The notes under the pieces were generated by a model. The model was not told the origin of the DNA, did not search any database, and saw only the letters and a program-made list of their open reading frames with translations. Shown here one piece after another: positions 50,314-61,212 of a stretch of 64,000 nt of DNA; the first letter of the stretch is position 1, and the number at the start of each line of letters is the position of its first letter. The translations under genes were made by a program, and so were the position numbers. Source of the stretch: Mustelus asterias (lineage: Eukaryota); assembly GCF_964213995.1 (NCBI RefSeq), contig NW_027590143.1, positions 1,178,001 to 1,242,000 on the forward strand. The letters run 5' to 3'.

Positions 50314-50917
50314 GTAAAATATCTCAGTTATTTAGTTGCTGCCGAAAAATATTGTTTGGTTGCATTAATTCCTCCACTTTATTACCACCTTATCTCAACA
50401 GCACCAAGTTCCTCCTTTCATTGAAAGGGATATAGGTTTCCCCGTCAAAGTTCTGTTTTCTGCCCTTTAACGTATTCCTCGAAAATGTCCCGTTTCTACT
50501 TCAGTAGACAATTCCTTATTTGGCATTATAATTTAGCTATTCCCTGACATAATTTTTCGATGTTCATTCCATAAATTCTACAAATTTAACGGTATAATTT
50601 TACGTCTTTCCCACCGTAGTTCCTTCACATTAAATACATGGTTTCACCGTGTTAACCTTATACAACCGTGCTGTGACAGGTACCATTTCATCAGTTGGTA
50701 ATATAACCTGTCCCATTCACCAGTAACATCTGACAGGCGAGGTTTTATTGTGTTACTCATTCTGATTTACATTTCCGTTCTGTTATAATGGTTAAACACA
50801 ATTCAATGTTGTTATTTATGTTTTGTTATTTATGTTTGTTGTTTATAAAGTTATTATGATTGTTGTGTTGGCGTTGACAGTATTCCTCTGGGCGAATTCT
50901 CAAACTGAGCAGCAGAG

Positions 50918-51225
50918 GTACACTGTGGTTGGCACTGCTGCCTCATAGCACAATAAACAGGGGGTCAATTCCAGAGATGTGTTGTCTGAGTGGAGTTTGC
51001 ATATTCTTCGCATGTGTGCGTGAGGGTTTTCTCCAGGTGCCCAGAATACAAAACTGCGCAAGTTATGTAGATTTGCCGCGTAAAGAAGCACCTTAATGCC
51101 CATGGACGTGTATGTTAGTTGGATTAGCAATGGTAAATGCGCGGGATTACAGGGACAGGGCGGACAGAAGGGCATGGATGGGATGTTCTGGCCGAACGTC
51201 AGGGATGGATATGTAGAAGGCTGAA
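50918..51225 (+). mobile_element. Degenerate HE1-type SINE in the GPCR-B intron
   Basis: GTGGTTGGCACTGCTGCCTCA..GTGGAGTTTGCATATTCT. Confidence 0.75.
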
Positions 51226-52036
51226 ATAATGCAAACAGTTATCCTTTGATGAATGATTGTTATTAATCCCGAACTCACAACAATTTGTGCCTGCTCCCAG
51301 TGCCAAACACTCATTGGCTCCGCCCGGGAATCCTATTTCACATTTGCTGCTCCTGATTGCTTGATTCCTTTCTGTCCCAGAACCCAGTATCGTTTCAAAT
51401 TGTTCTGTTCTCTGCAAAGAGTCAAGCAAAATAACTCGTCAAATCTTTCGTTTCATATTTCACCGGATATTTCAGATGATTATCAGGGATACAATTCAGT
51501 CTTGGCGCTGCTTCCTAAATCTGCAAGTTCCGACAACTGCTAACAATTGTCCTTTTATTTGCCTTTGTTTGAGGATTTATTCGAGAAAATTCACTGCAAA
51601 CGTTTCCAAAAGTAAATAATTTTGCTGTCATTCATGGAGCCATATTTAATACCCATTGAAGTATAATCCGTGACCATATTAACATCCGCACTTATTATTG
51701 GGTATTTTCCAATTTATCTTCTCCAATATGTTTTAATTAGTTGTTTACATGTCATTGTATTGTGCATTTAATTATTCAGTTTTGGTTTTGATATGCTTTC
51801 CATTTCGCATTATTCCTCTCTCAGTTCTCATTAAAAATGCAATCACTTTCGTTAACATTCCTTATTATTAATAAAGATATTGTTATTAAGCAGAAACAAG
51901 TGTCCCTGAGATCAGGTATAAATGTTGCACCTATCACACAGAATTCAACATCATGGATTGTTTTGTTGCGATGAATGTTCCACTTCCCATGCTTCGTCAT
52001 GCACAAATTCTCACAATCTCTTTCCCTCTATTACAG

Positions 52037-52950
52037 CTAACACAGCAGTGATTATGGTCCTCGCAAGAAAAAGTTGTGGTCTCTCCAGATGTATCACGTA
52101 TTACCTTGTGTCCATAGCGGTGGTGGATCTCCTGCACATAATATCTGCTGTAATATTAAACCGGATTGCGGGAATCTTTTTTCCATTGAGCTTCTTGTCT
52201 GTCACACCAGTTTGCAGCGTCCGTACAGTCCTACATTCTACCGCCATGGACAACTCTGTCTGGTTAACCGTCGCTTTCACGTTTGATAGATTTGTGGCTA
52301 TTTGTTGCCAGAAGCTCAAAGTTAAATATTGGAATGAAAATGTGGCCACGTGGGTCATTGGAATCGTGTCCACACTCGCCTGTGTAAAAAATGTCTTTGT
52401 GTACTTTGTTTATGAACCCCTGTACATAATTGACGATGTACCCTGGTTCTGCAATGTAAAGTTAATATTTTACACATCCCCTTTCTGGGCTGCTTATGAC
52501 TTGATGCGTTGTATTGTAACTCCTATCCTTCCATTCATTTTGATTTTGCTGCTGAATGCTCTTACTGTAAGACACATTCTAGCGGCCAATAGAGCCCGCA
52601 GGAGACTCCGGGCCCAGAACAATGGAAAGAATCAGAGTGACCCAGAGGTGGAGAAGCGGAAAAAGCCCATTGTTTTACTCTTCACCATTTCAGGAAATTT
52701 CATCCTGTTATACTTGTTATTTTTTATAACTATCATCTATGTCCGAATTGCGAAAGTTACTTATTTCTCAGGTTCTGGTTTCAGTAATACATTTAATCTT
52801 GAGGAAACTGGATATATGCTTCTGTTTTTGTGTTCCTGCATCAACCCATTGATTTATGCTGGGACCCAGAGTAAAATCAGAGCCGAGTTAAAGAATTTGG
52901 TGAAATATCCACTCAAACAATTTGTTAATTTTTTTAAATTTTGCGCATAG
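52037..52950 (+). CDS. GPCR-B exon 2: class A 7TM receptor, GPR139/GPR142-like (spliced product 327 aa)
   Basis: Acceptor TTACAG| at 52036, in frame with exon 1; FDRFVAIC, PFILILL, NPLIY; open to TAG at 52950. Confidence 0.9.
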
Positions 52951-52996
52951 GCTGAACTAAGGTGAATGTTACTTATTCTCAGTCAGTGAAATGTTC

Positions 52997-53341
52997 CTTT
53001 CCGTCCGTCCATTCCTCCGTCCGTCCTTCTCCCTCTCCCCATCCATCCATCCGTCCGTCCGTTGGCCCGTCCATCCGCCCATCCATTCATCCGTCCATCC
53101 ATCCGCCCATCCATCCGTCCGTCCGTCCATCCGTCCGTCCATCCGTCCGTCTGCCCANNNNNNNNNNNNNNNNNNNNNNNNNNNNNNNNNNNNNNNNNNN
53201 NNNNNNNNNNNNNNNNNNNNNNNNNNNNNNNNNNNNNNNNNNNNNNNNNNNNNNNNNNNNNNNNNNNNNNNNNNNNNNNNNNNNNNNNNNNNNNNNNNNN
53301 NNNNNNNNNNNNNNNNNNNNNNNNNNNNNNNNNTCTATTCA

Positions 53342-53372
<31 letters not shown>
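52997..53372. repeat. (CCAT/CCGT)n microsatellite, 176-nt assembly gap (53158-53333), then (CT)n
   Basis: Directly visible. Confidence 0.95.
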
Positions 53373-53837
53373 CCTACCTCGCTATCTATCTATTTGTCTG
53401 TCACATTTCACCATCATCGAGTGAGAGTGTGCAACCTTTTAAGAGGAGAGTTGCCTTTGAAAGCAACGCAGTGCTTTGGATAGTGGTGCAGCGTGCTTCT
53501 GGGTGTGGAACATTTCTGGTGAATTAAGACTGCAAAGTACGAACGATTGAGATGTTGTTGCAAGGTAAAATCTGTCTGGTAATAGGTCAGATTTTACCAT
53601 TTACACTGCCACTGAATTACGAAACTTTTCCCTCACTCCGAATTGTAAAGTATTTGGAAATATTTCTTTCCTGTTTCGAACCATCGGAAGCGAAAATGAT
53701 AATTGTACTGCAACGTTCGTTGTTTGAAAATGTTCCACAGGTCAGTTTCGTGACAAATGTGCGAAAAATTCTGAAAGCCCAATCACTCTGAAATTGATAA
53801 CATTTGGAAATGTTTTTTGTAAAAATAATTTACTACT

Positions 53838-54035
53838 GATGCTGGAACCTGAAACACAAACAGATAATAATGGAAAATCTCAGCAGGTCTGCCAGCACTT
53901 GTGATGAGAGAATCGAGCCATTGTGTCGAATCAAGAAGTCTGACGAAGGGTCATCCAGACTTGAAATGTTGGTTCCACTCTCTCCCCACAGATGCTATCA
54001 TACTGGCTGAGTTTTTCCAGAAATTTCTGTTTTTC
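53838..54035 (+). mobile_element. Palindromic Penelope-derived repeat with a hammerhead-like core
   Basis: CTGACGAAGGGTCATCCAGACTTGAAA at 53940-53966; inverted paralog of 26910-27095. Confidence 0.6.
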
Positions 54036-54042
54036 TGGTAAA

Positions 54043-54116
54043 TATTCCTGCCCCAGATCCAACAGGAACCCTTTTGCGTGTAAAGCGACCGTGATACCCA
54101 CTACACTACGGCAAAG
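54043..54116 (-). pseudogene. tRNA-Val(TAC)-derived pseudogene
   Basis: Minus strand CCGTAGTGTAGTGGGTATCACGGTCGCTTTACACGC; T arm degraded. Confidence 0.78.
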
Positions 54117-55193
54117 CTGCGATGCCCTGATATTCGGAAACTGACGCCACAAACACGTCAATTGCCCACAGCAACTGTGATTTACATTGTGTCTGCTGGT
54201 ATCTCAAATTAATCAGGTAACGGGGAAGTGGTGGAAAGGATATTGAAAGAAGGAACATTGAATTAAAATTGTATCGAAATTAAAGACCAGTACACCATTT
54301 CTATGTTACTGACTCTGAAATACAAATGGATGCCATCATTTAAATACTTCATTAAGGAATGGAACTAATTTGGAATTACCCTGTATTATTGCAGTGCTGT
54401 TAATAAAGTCAGTAATAGACTGTCTATTGCTGGGAGTTTGATTATCTGCTGTCTGAAACCAAAATATTCAATATTTCGAGTGAAAAAGATGAACAAGGAA
54501 AGACATCAGTGCCGAATATTCCAGCTGGATATTCACAGGAGAAAGTATGTTTTCTAACGCTACCAGTAGAAAGAACAGAGAAACATCCATCTGGAAGAAA
54601 CCCTCCAATCATTTGTAAATATATTTCAAATGTTCACAGGTTCCAACAGTCAGTTTCCATCACATTGAAGTCAATGGAAGGTGGGAGAAAGAGTCATAGA
54701 GTCATAGAATCATAGAGGTTTACAACATGGAAACAGGCCCTTGGGCCCAACTTGTCCACGCCGCCATTTTTTTAAAACCCTAAGCTAATCCAAATTGCCG
54801 GCATTTGGCCCATATCCCTCTATACCCATCTTATTTTCAACATTTTCAACAAAATATTTTCAACCAAAACAGAATGGTTCAAAGTTCCAGAGTGAAATGT
54901 AACTTGATGTTACTTACATTAGTAGATTCAGGAAAGTCACACAAACATTTTCAGTCTGGAAACTTAAACCATTTCACTCTCAGGAACAGACCAATTTTAC
55001 ACCAACCTCTGATTTTACAGCACGTTTGCAGTATTCAACATTGCTCTCCTGACTCCGAACACAGTTGTAAAGGAGCTTCTCTTCCGTGTCTCGGAGCTCT
55101 GAACCATGGAAGAGAGCGGCTCGCACACATTCCTTACACACCTCAGGATTAACCTCCAAGTTCAGTCCTGGGCGTGAGTAACTGCAGCAATGT

Positions 55194-55764
55194 AAGAAGT
55201 CACACAACACCAGGTTAAGAACCAACAGGTTTATTTGGAATCACGGGCTTTCGGGGCGCTGCTCCTTCATCAGGTGCGTGAAGGTTAGTTCGCAAGCACA
55301 GTATATATAATCAAAGACACAACTGCAAGATAGTTACAGATTGGTATGTGAAGAGTGATTTAATATGAGTCTTTACAGGTAAATATAAAGTAAATAATCA
55401 AGTTTTTATAGGTGCGAAGTGTGAGTGGAGCGAGGGACAATTACAATTTAAAGGGGTGTGAATTGTCTCAAACCAGGTCAGTTCGTAGGATTTTGCAAAC
55501 CCAGGCAGTATGATGAGGGTTACAAGTAGTGCGACATTCACCCAAGATCCCGGTTAAGGCCGTCCTCATGCATGTTGAACTTGGCTCTCAGTTTCTGCTC
55601 GGCGATTCTGCGTTGCCATATGTCTTGAAGGCCGCGTTGGAGAACGCTTACCCGAAAACTGGAGGCTGAATGTCCTGGACCGCTGAAGAGCTCCCCAACT
55701 GGAAGGGAACACTCCCGCCTGGCGATTGTTGTGCAGTGTCCGTTCAACCGTTCCCGTCATGTCT
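55194..55764 (-). mobile_element. Penelope-like element, 5'-truncated (GIY-YIG C-terminus and terminal repeat)
   Basis: ORF 55538..55747 NGH..LPVGELF..GH..RRIAEQKL..GLNRD is typical of the Penelope endonuclease; possible TSD GCAATGT at 55187-55193 and 55765-55771. Confidence 0.85.
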
Positions 55765-55771
55765 GCAATGT

Positions 55772-56310
55772 CCTCCGCTCATTTGTGAACACGCTGGTGT
55801 GCCAGGAAGCGGCTGGAATCCCTTCCCAAACTCAGAGAAGGTGAACGGCCTCTGCTTGGTGTGACGTTGTTGGTGTGTGAGCAGATCCGATGACTGAATT
55901 AATCCTTTCCCACTTTCCGGGTATATGAACCGTCTCACTCCAGTCTGAAGCTGTTTTTGTATTCACATATACTTCTTGTTTTAAAGCTCTTTTCACAATC
56001 AGAACATTTAAAAGGACTCTGATCACTCTGATCAAGTTTATGCTTAGTGGGCTGGGATGACTAAGCGAATCCTTTCCCACAAACAGAGCAGGTGGCTGCA
56101 TTCTCCTCTGTGTGAACTCATTCATGTGCCAGCGGGTCAGATGAGTAAGCAAATTCCTTCGCACATTTAAAACATCAGAACAGCTTCTCCCCAGTATGAA
56201 CTTGCTGGTGTGTTGACAGAAGGGACAACTGATTAAATCCATCTCCACCCTTCGCGACGGTGAATGACCTCTCCCCAGTTTGACTGCGTTGATAATTTCC
56301 CAGTTCAAGG
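55772..56310 (-). pseudogene. C2H2 zinc-finger gene remnant
   Basis: Frameshifted finger and linker pieces (HQQVHTGEK, HQQRHTKQRPFT, GKGF, TGERSF), several with lost Cys. Confidence 0.8.
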
Positions 56311-56884
56311 AATAAAGAGTATAAATAGGGAAAATATTTTAAGTTAATATGTTTTCCTTGAAGTTTTATTACAATGCTGTTTTAAGAGGATTTCAACAAG
56401 TTTATCAGTTCATTTGTTTTACTAGTATATGAAAAATAGTAAACCGCTCTCAGACCTCACTGATTTCCATCCAAAGTGGAACCACAGGAAGGGGAGGCTC
56501 CACAAACATCCCCACTCTCAATGATGGGCTCCAGCACATCACGGCCGTGTTTTGTGCTTACTGACCCGGATGTGTTATCAATGCCTTCCCTGGTTCCCAA
56601 GGCTTGGAAAGACATTTTGGAAGGTATGAGTTCAAGAGAATAGCTGAAGGTCCAAGAAATGAAATGATCTAGACAGTTAGAAAGGAGAAAATAATAAAGA
56701 TGAAGCATTGAGTGACAGTCAGTGACAGGTTAGCAATTCATCTGCTCCTATCCTGGAGAAATGACTCTCTGCCTGAAACAATATTAGTTCATTTGACACA
56801 TATCGGAATATTCAAAAGCAGCAAGTTATGGAGATTATTAACGTCAGCATGAAGAAACTCCAGCTCTCAGATTGAACATTTTTC

Positions 56885-57087
56885 AGGTTTTGATGTGATT
56901 AATCTGGAATTAAAAGTGTAATGATGACCATGAAACCATTATCGACTGTTGCAAAACCCCATCCGGTTCACTAATGTCATGGGGGAAGGAGATCTGCCGT
57001 CCTTAGCTGGTTTGGCCGACATGTGACTCCAGAGCCAGAGTAATGTGGTTGATCCTTAAATGTCCTCTCAAATGGAGGGCAATTAAG
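56885..57087 (+). mobile_element. Deu-domain SINE fragment
   Basis: GGAAGGAGATCTGCCGTCCTTAGCTGG..GTGACTCCAGAGCC. Confidence 0.7.
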
Positions 57088-57098
57088 GCTCCTCCGTC

Positions 57099-57212
57099 TG
57101 ACGTCATGGATTGGTGAGCGAAGGCACTCTGAGCTGATTGGATGAAATGGAGGGTAATGAATTTGTGAGCTGATTGGGTGTCTCCCGCTGGCTCTGTCAG
57201 AAACGAGCCAAT
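57099..57212. promoter_or_regulatory. Promoter-like cluster: palindromic CRE and four CCAAT boxes
   Basis: TGACGTCA 57099-57106; ATTGG 57110-57114, 57137-57141, 57173-57177; CCAAT 57208-57212. Confidence 0.55.
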
Positions 57213-57524
57213 CGCTTGAGGCCGGATATTTCTCAACATTTTCTGAACCCTGAAATAAATATGGAGCTTGAACTCACTGAGTTCAGATCCAGCATCATCT
57301 CTATGAAGACATTGTGTGTTAGTCTTTACCAGTTCCTCACAGCTTCAACTCTTTTAACTGTTCCCAAGTTGCACATTCTGCCGCTTGCTCGCGATACTGA
57401 CATAGAAATCTTTCCATTGAACTGTTTTTCCATCTATTTGTAATATATTCAATTACCTAAATCCCGTTGTTTCTGACAAAGTGATAAGAAAAATTAAATT
57501 TCGTATTTCTATTCTTTTTTGCAG

Positions 57525-57868
57525 GTGTGAGTGCTGCAGGTTTTGTCTCCCAGGGTCCGGTTACAGCGATAAGGTTTGAAGGAGAATCGGTGTGTATTGA
57601 TTTCAGCTATTCGACCACAGCGGCTGCATATTCTTTTCAGTTTTACCACCAGGACCTGGATATAGTCCCCACATTCTTGATCTACATCCCCAGTTACGAA
57701 GATGTTGTCAGAGCAGAGGGCGTGGGGGCTCGATTTGCTGCATCTTTGAACACTTCGAAAAATCAGGGAAATTTCACCACGTGAGCTGCAGCTGTCTGAC
57801 AGCGCGGTTTATTACAGCGGACTGAGAGACACAGTGACCAGAACCAGAGGAAGCCTCGTGCAAAGTAA
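57525..57868 (+). pseudogene. T-cell receptor alpha/delta-type V pseudogene with degenerate 23-RSS
   Basis: Acceptor TTTTGCAG|; VSQGP..EGESV..SYST..FYHQ..RFAASL..ELQLSDSAVYYSGLR; frameshift near 57780; both canonical Cys lost; CACAGTG 57830-57836, 23-nt spacer, GCAAAGTAA. Confidence 0.88.
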
Positions 57869-58509
57869 CTACCGCAGTGTGACAAAGGGAATAGCTGGGC
57901 AGAAGGGGAAAACCTGGAATTTCCAAACCTACCTGTAGATTGCTCTGATTTAAAATGAACCCAAATTATTAGCAAGTCGAGAGCAACAGGTACTGCACTG
58001 GGAAACGTTTCCTCTGTCCCACTTTTGTCGAATACATGAACATAACGTGAAGATGAGTTTGAAATAATCATTGTTTTTAAAATTAAAGATATTGTTATAA
58101 AAGAGCTGTGGAAAATATCTGATATTTGACATGTCGCAAGGAGAAATACGACACAAGAATTGAAGCTAAGCAAATGGAAAGACAGTGAGTGAATCAAAAG
58201 CAGAGACCGTGGTAGATATAGGTACATAGATAGGGTGAGACGGATTGAGATTCGGGGAGGTAAAGAGGAAGCGGAATGATAGAAATGAGCGAGAAACAGA
58301 GATAAATAGTGGGACTGACACGGAGTGAAAAAAAGGCGGAGGCAGGAAGGGAATTAGATGAAGAAACGGTGAAGAAACGAAGAGAGACAAGAAGGCTGTG
58401 AACACTAGAAACAGAGAGCTATACAGTGAGATAAACGAGGGGGCGCATTGAGAAACGCAATGTCCAGAATTGAATCAGGAATTCCAGATGGAGAAATAAA
58501 ATAACATAA

Positions 58510-59055
58510 TATAGAAACATAGAAACATAGAAAAACTACAGCACAATACAGGAAAGTTCTGTCGAACATGTCCCCACCTTAGCGATTACTAGGCTTACCT
58601 ATAACCCTCTATCTTACTAAGTTCCATGTACTTATCTAAAAGTCTCTTAAAAGATCCTATTGAATCCGCCTCCACCACCGTTGCTGGCAGCCCATTCCAC
58701 GCACCCACCACCCTCTGAGTGAAAAACTTACCCCTGACATCTCCTCTGTACCTACTCCCCAGCACTTTTAACCTGTGTCCCCGAGTGGTAACCATTTCAG
58801 CCCTGGGAAAAAGCCTCTGACTATCCACTCGATCAATACCTCTCAACAGGTCACCCCTCATCCTTCGTCTCTCCAAGGAGAAAAGGTCGAGCTCACTCAA
58901 CCTATCCTCATAAGGCATGCTCCCCAACCCAGGCAACATCCTTGTAAATCTCCTCTGCACCCTTTCTATGGCTTTCACATCCTTCCTGTAATGAGGCGAC
59001 CTGAACTGAGCACAGTGCTCCAAGTGTGGTCTGACCAGGGTCTTATATAGCTGCA
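58510..59055 (-). mobile_element. CR1 3' fragment
   Basis: ORF 58595..59086 LVRPHLEHCAQF..FFTQRVVGAWNGLP; (AGAAACAT)n reverse tail. Confidence 0.93.
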
Positions 59056-59842
59056 AATAATTATATAGTCTTATATAACATAACACGTGTTAAGGAAAGG
59101 GTGATTTCGGAGAGCCGCTTGTCCCTCTGGAATACTAGACTAGCTGCAGAACCACAACGTTATTGTTCCCGTACCCGCTGCAGTAAACAAACAAACATGG
59201 TGAGACACCTCCATCTGGTGGCTATGTAAGGCTAATTCCTGGAAAACCACCGAATTCTCAAGTTCCTGAAATATGTTGTTCCAAGATTCTGCCGCATTAT
59301 TCTTGCAAAGATTGTTATTGTTGCAATGCAATGAACGTATACATGAGAGCTAATTCCACTTTTATTTTAAAGACTGCCGATTTATTCTATTGCCTCAGCC
59401 ACTCTGGATCATGAAGCTTGCTTTAGCGATATGAATCTGCCAAGATCCCAATGAAATCCAGATTTTAAAATACCAACACATACAAATTATGTAAATATAC
59501 CCCCTGTTCATACATTTGTTCGAGATTTAAATGGTACTGTTTCAATTTTAGTTACTTCGGTTGGCAGCAAACTAGGAAAATAAGGTCGTAATTAATATTA
59601 AATAGTAAGCGTAACAAAATTGAAATAATGAAAAGGCATAAGCATCAGGAATAATAAAATCAAAACAATAACATCCGTAATAATCTGGCATAGTAATATT
59701 TTAGTATGCTGCAGTATTCGAGAATAATTGGGTTTACACAGATCATTCCACTAGGTGGCTCTCCAAAAACTTTTATTTGACCGAAAGTACGTAAAACTGC
59801 AGTTCACCGCTCTCACAGGTGACAGCTGTAAATTACAGGAAA

Positions 59843-59916
59843 TAATGTTGTGATGTGACACTTCACTGTGAACAGTGGCATATTTAGGACAAGCACCCGT
59901 CGATGAATTGTCAATG
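59843..59916 (+). pseudogene. Possible relic antigen-receptor J segment with 12-RSS
   Basis: TAATGTTGT, 12-nt spacer, CACTGTG (59864-59870), then NSGIFRTSTRR*IVN (FGxGT altered by two G>A changes); no intact donor. Confidence 0.3.
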
Positions 59917-61212
59917 TTATGGCAAAGGAGACTTGGAGAGTGAACTTTGCAAACCATTGCATTTCATGGTGCATGGTCACAGGGTTTACTGAAGGAAAAA
60001 ATCAGCGCAATGTTTCTAATTAATAGCGTTGATCAGTGAGAAGGACAGCGAAAGAGGGAGAGGGAGGGTATGTCTGTGAGAGAGAGGTGGTGCGGGTTCC
60101 CATGCTTGTGATGTAAGATTTTGGTTACGATTGTTCACAAACACAAAGTATCCAGAAAATACAAGGACTTGCAAATCCCTTCATTTCGCTATGAGCGTCG
60201 GAGAGACAACTCTTTGTGGCGGTGATCCACAATGACCCGTGTCCTCTGTATAAATAATGTTTCAAACAGCACACACAGCGGCTGCACTGGAAATAAACTT
60301 CCATGATTTGTAAAGTGCTTTCAGATGTCCCGAATCCATCAAGGACGCGAGACCAGTAAAAAAAACGTTTATTTCCCTGGAAGAGTAATAGTTGATTCCA
60401 AAGGTTAAACATGTTATCCGTCCGCTTCCATCAGGACCCGCAAAGGTTGCTGCTTTAAATTTCCGTTTCTTTATTTTAATCCATGATTGGGTGGATGAAC
60501 AGTCACTGACTCCCGGGATATCCAGGATTCAGTCTTCAGTCTATTCCGAGATTCTTTCAGGAAACACAATCCCAGAAGGTACTTGGGTAACGCTGATGGA
60601 AAGTGACTGAGGCATCGAGAGGTTGCTCCAATCTATCTCTCAGTTATCAGGCTGATCACCTCGATTAACCGTTGCATCAATCCGGCATGTGTAAATATAA
60701 ACTATATATTAATTTTCAAAATAGTGTAAATGCATCAGAATTAACAATATACGCGCTAATCTACACACAACGCTTGCCAGGCTAGGTTCCGTTGTTATTT
60801 TTACCGCCTATGAAGCAGAAGATTTGAGGAGACTCCAGTCGCATGATCCATTCAGATGCGGCCGTGCACTCCGCAGCGGATGGTGAATTGTCAAAGGTAC
60901 CGAATGAGATGTTAAATCGAGGGCACCGACTGCCTTCTCAGATAGACGTGATAGTGCGCAAGGACACTATTTCGAAGAAGAGCAGTAGAGTTGCTCTAGT
61001 CAATAACTACCCAAGAATAAACGTCCTCAAACAGGCTATGCATAATAATGTTGTTTGAAGGACCATGGTGGGGGTCAAATTGGCTTGTGTTTTTTTTCAT
61101 TCATCGTATCAGTGACATTAAACACATTGTGTGACATCAGGTAAGTCGGCATATAAATATTCTATAATGATTCACTCAACTGCCACATTGGAATGTTGAG
61201 TAATGCTCTGAC

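Noticed and set aside
51922-52036. N-terminal extension of the 342-aa GPCR ORF (and the TTG start at 6867)
   Set aside because: Intronic read-through or a false start; the true N-termini come from exon 1 through conserved splice sites
52962-53527. ORFs spanning the microsatellite and N gap
   Set aside because: Artefacts of simple repeats and unknown bases
57303-57365. Leader exon of the plus-strand V (MKTLCVSLYQFLTASTLLT)
   Set aside because: Plausible, but no phase-1 GT donor could be placed, so it was not annotated
61125-61146. CATTGTG followed by a GTAAGT donor as a J or D segment
   Set aside because: No nonamer at 12 or 23 spacing and only 9 nt between heptamer and donor
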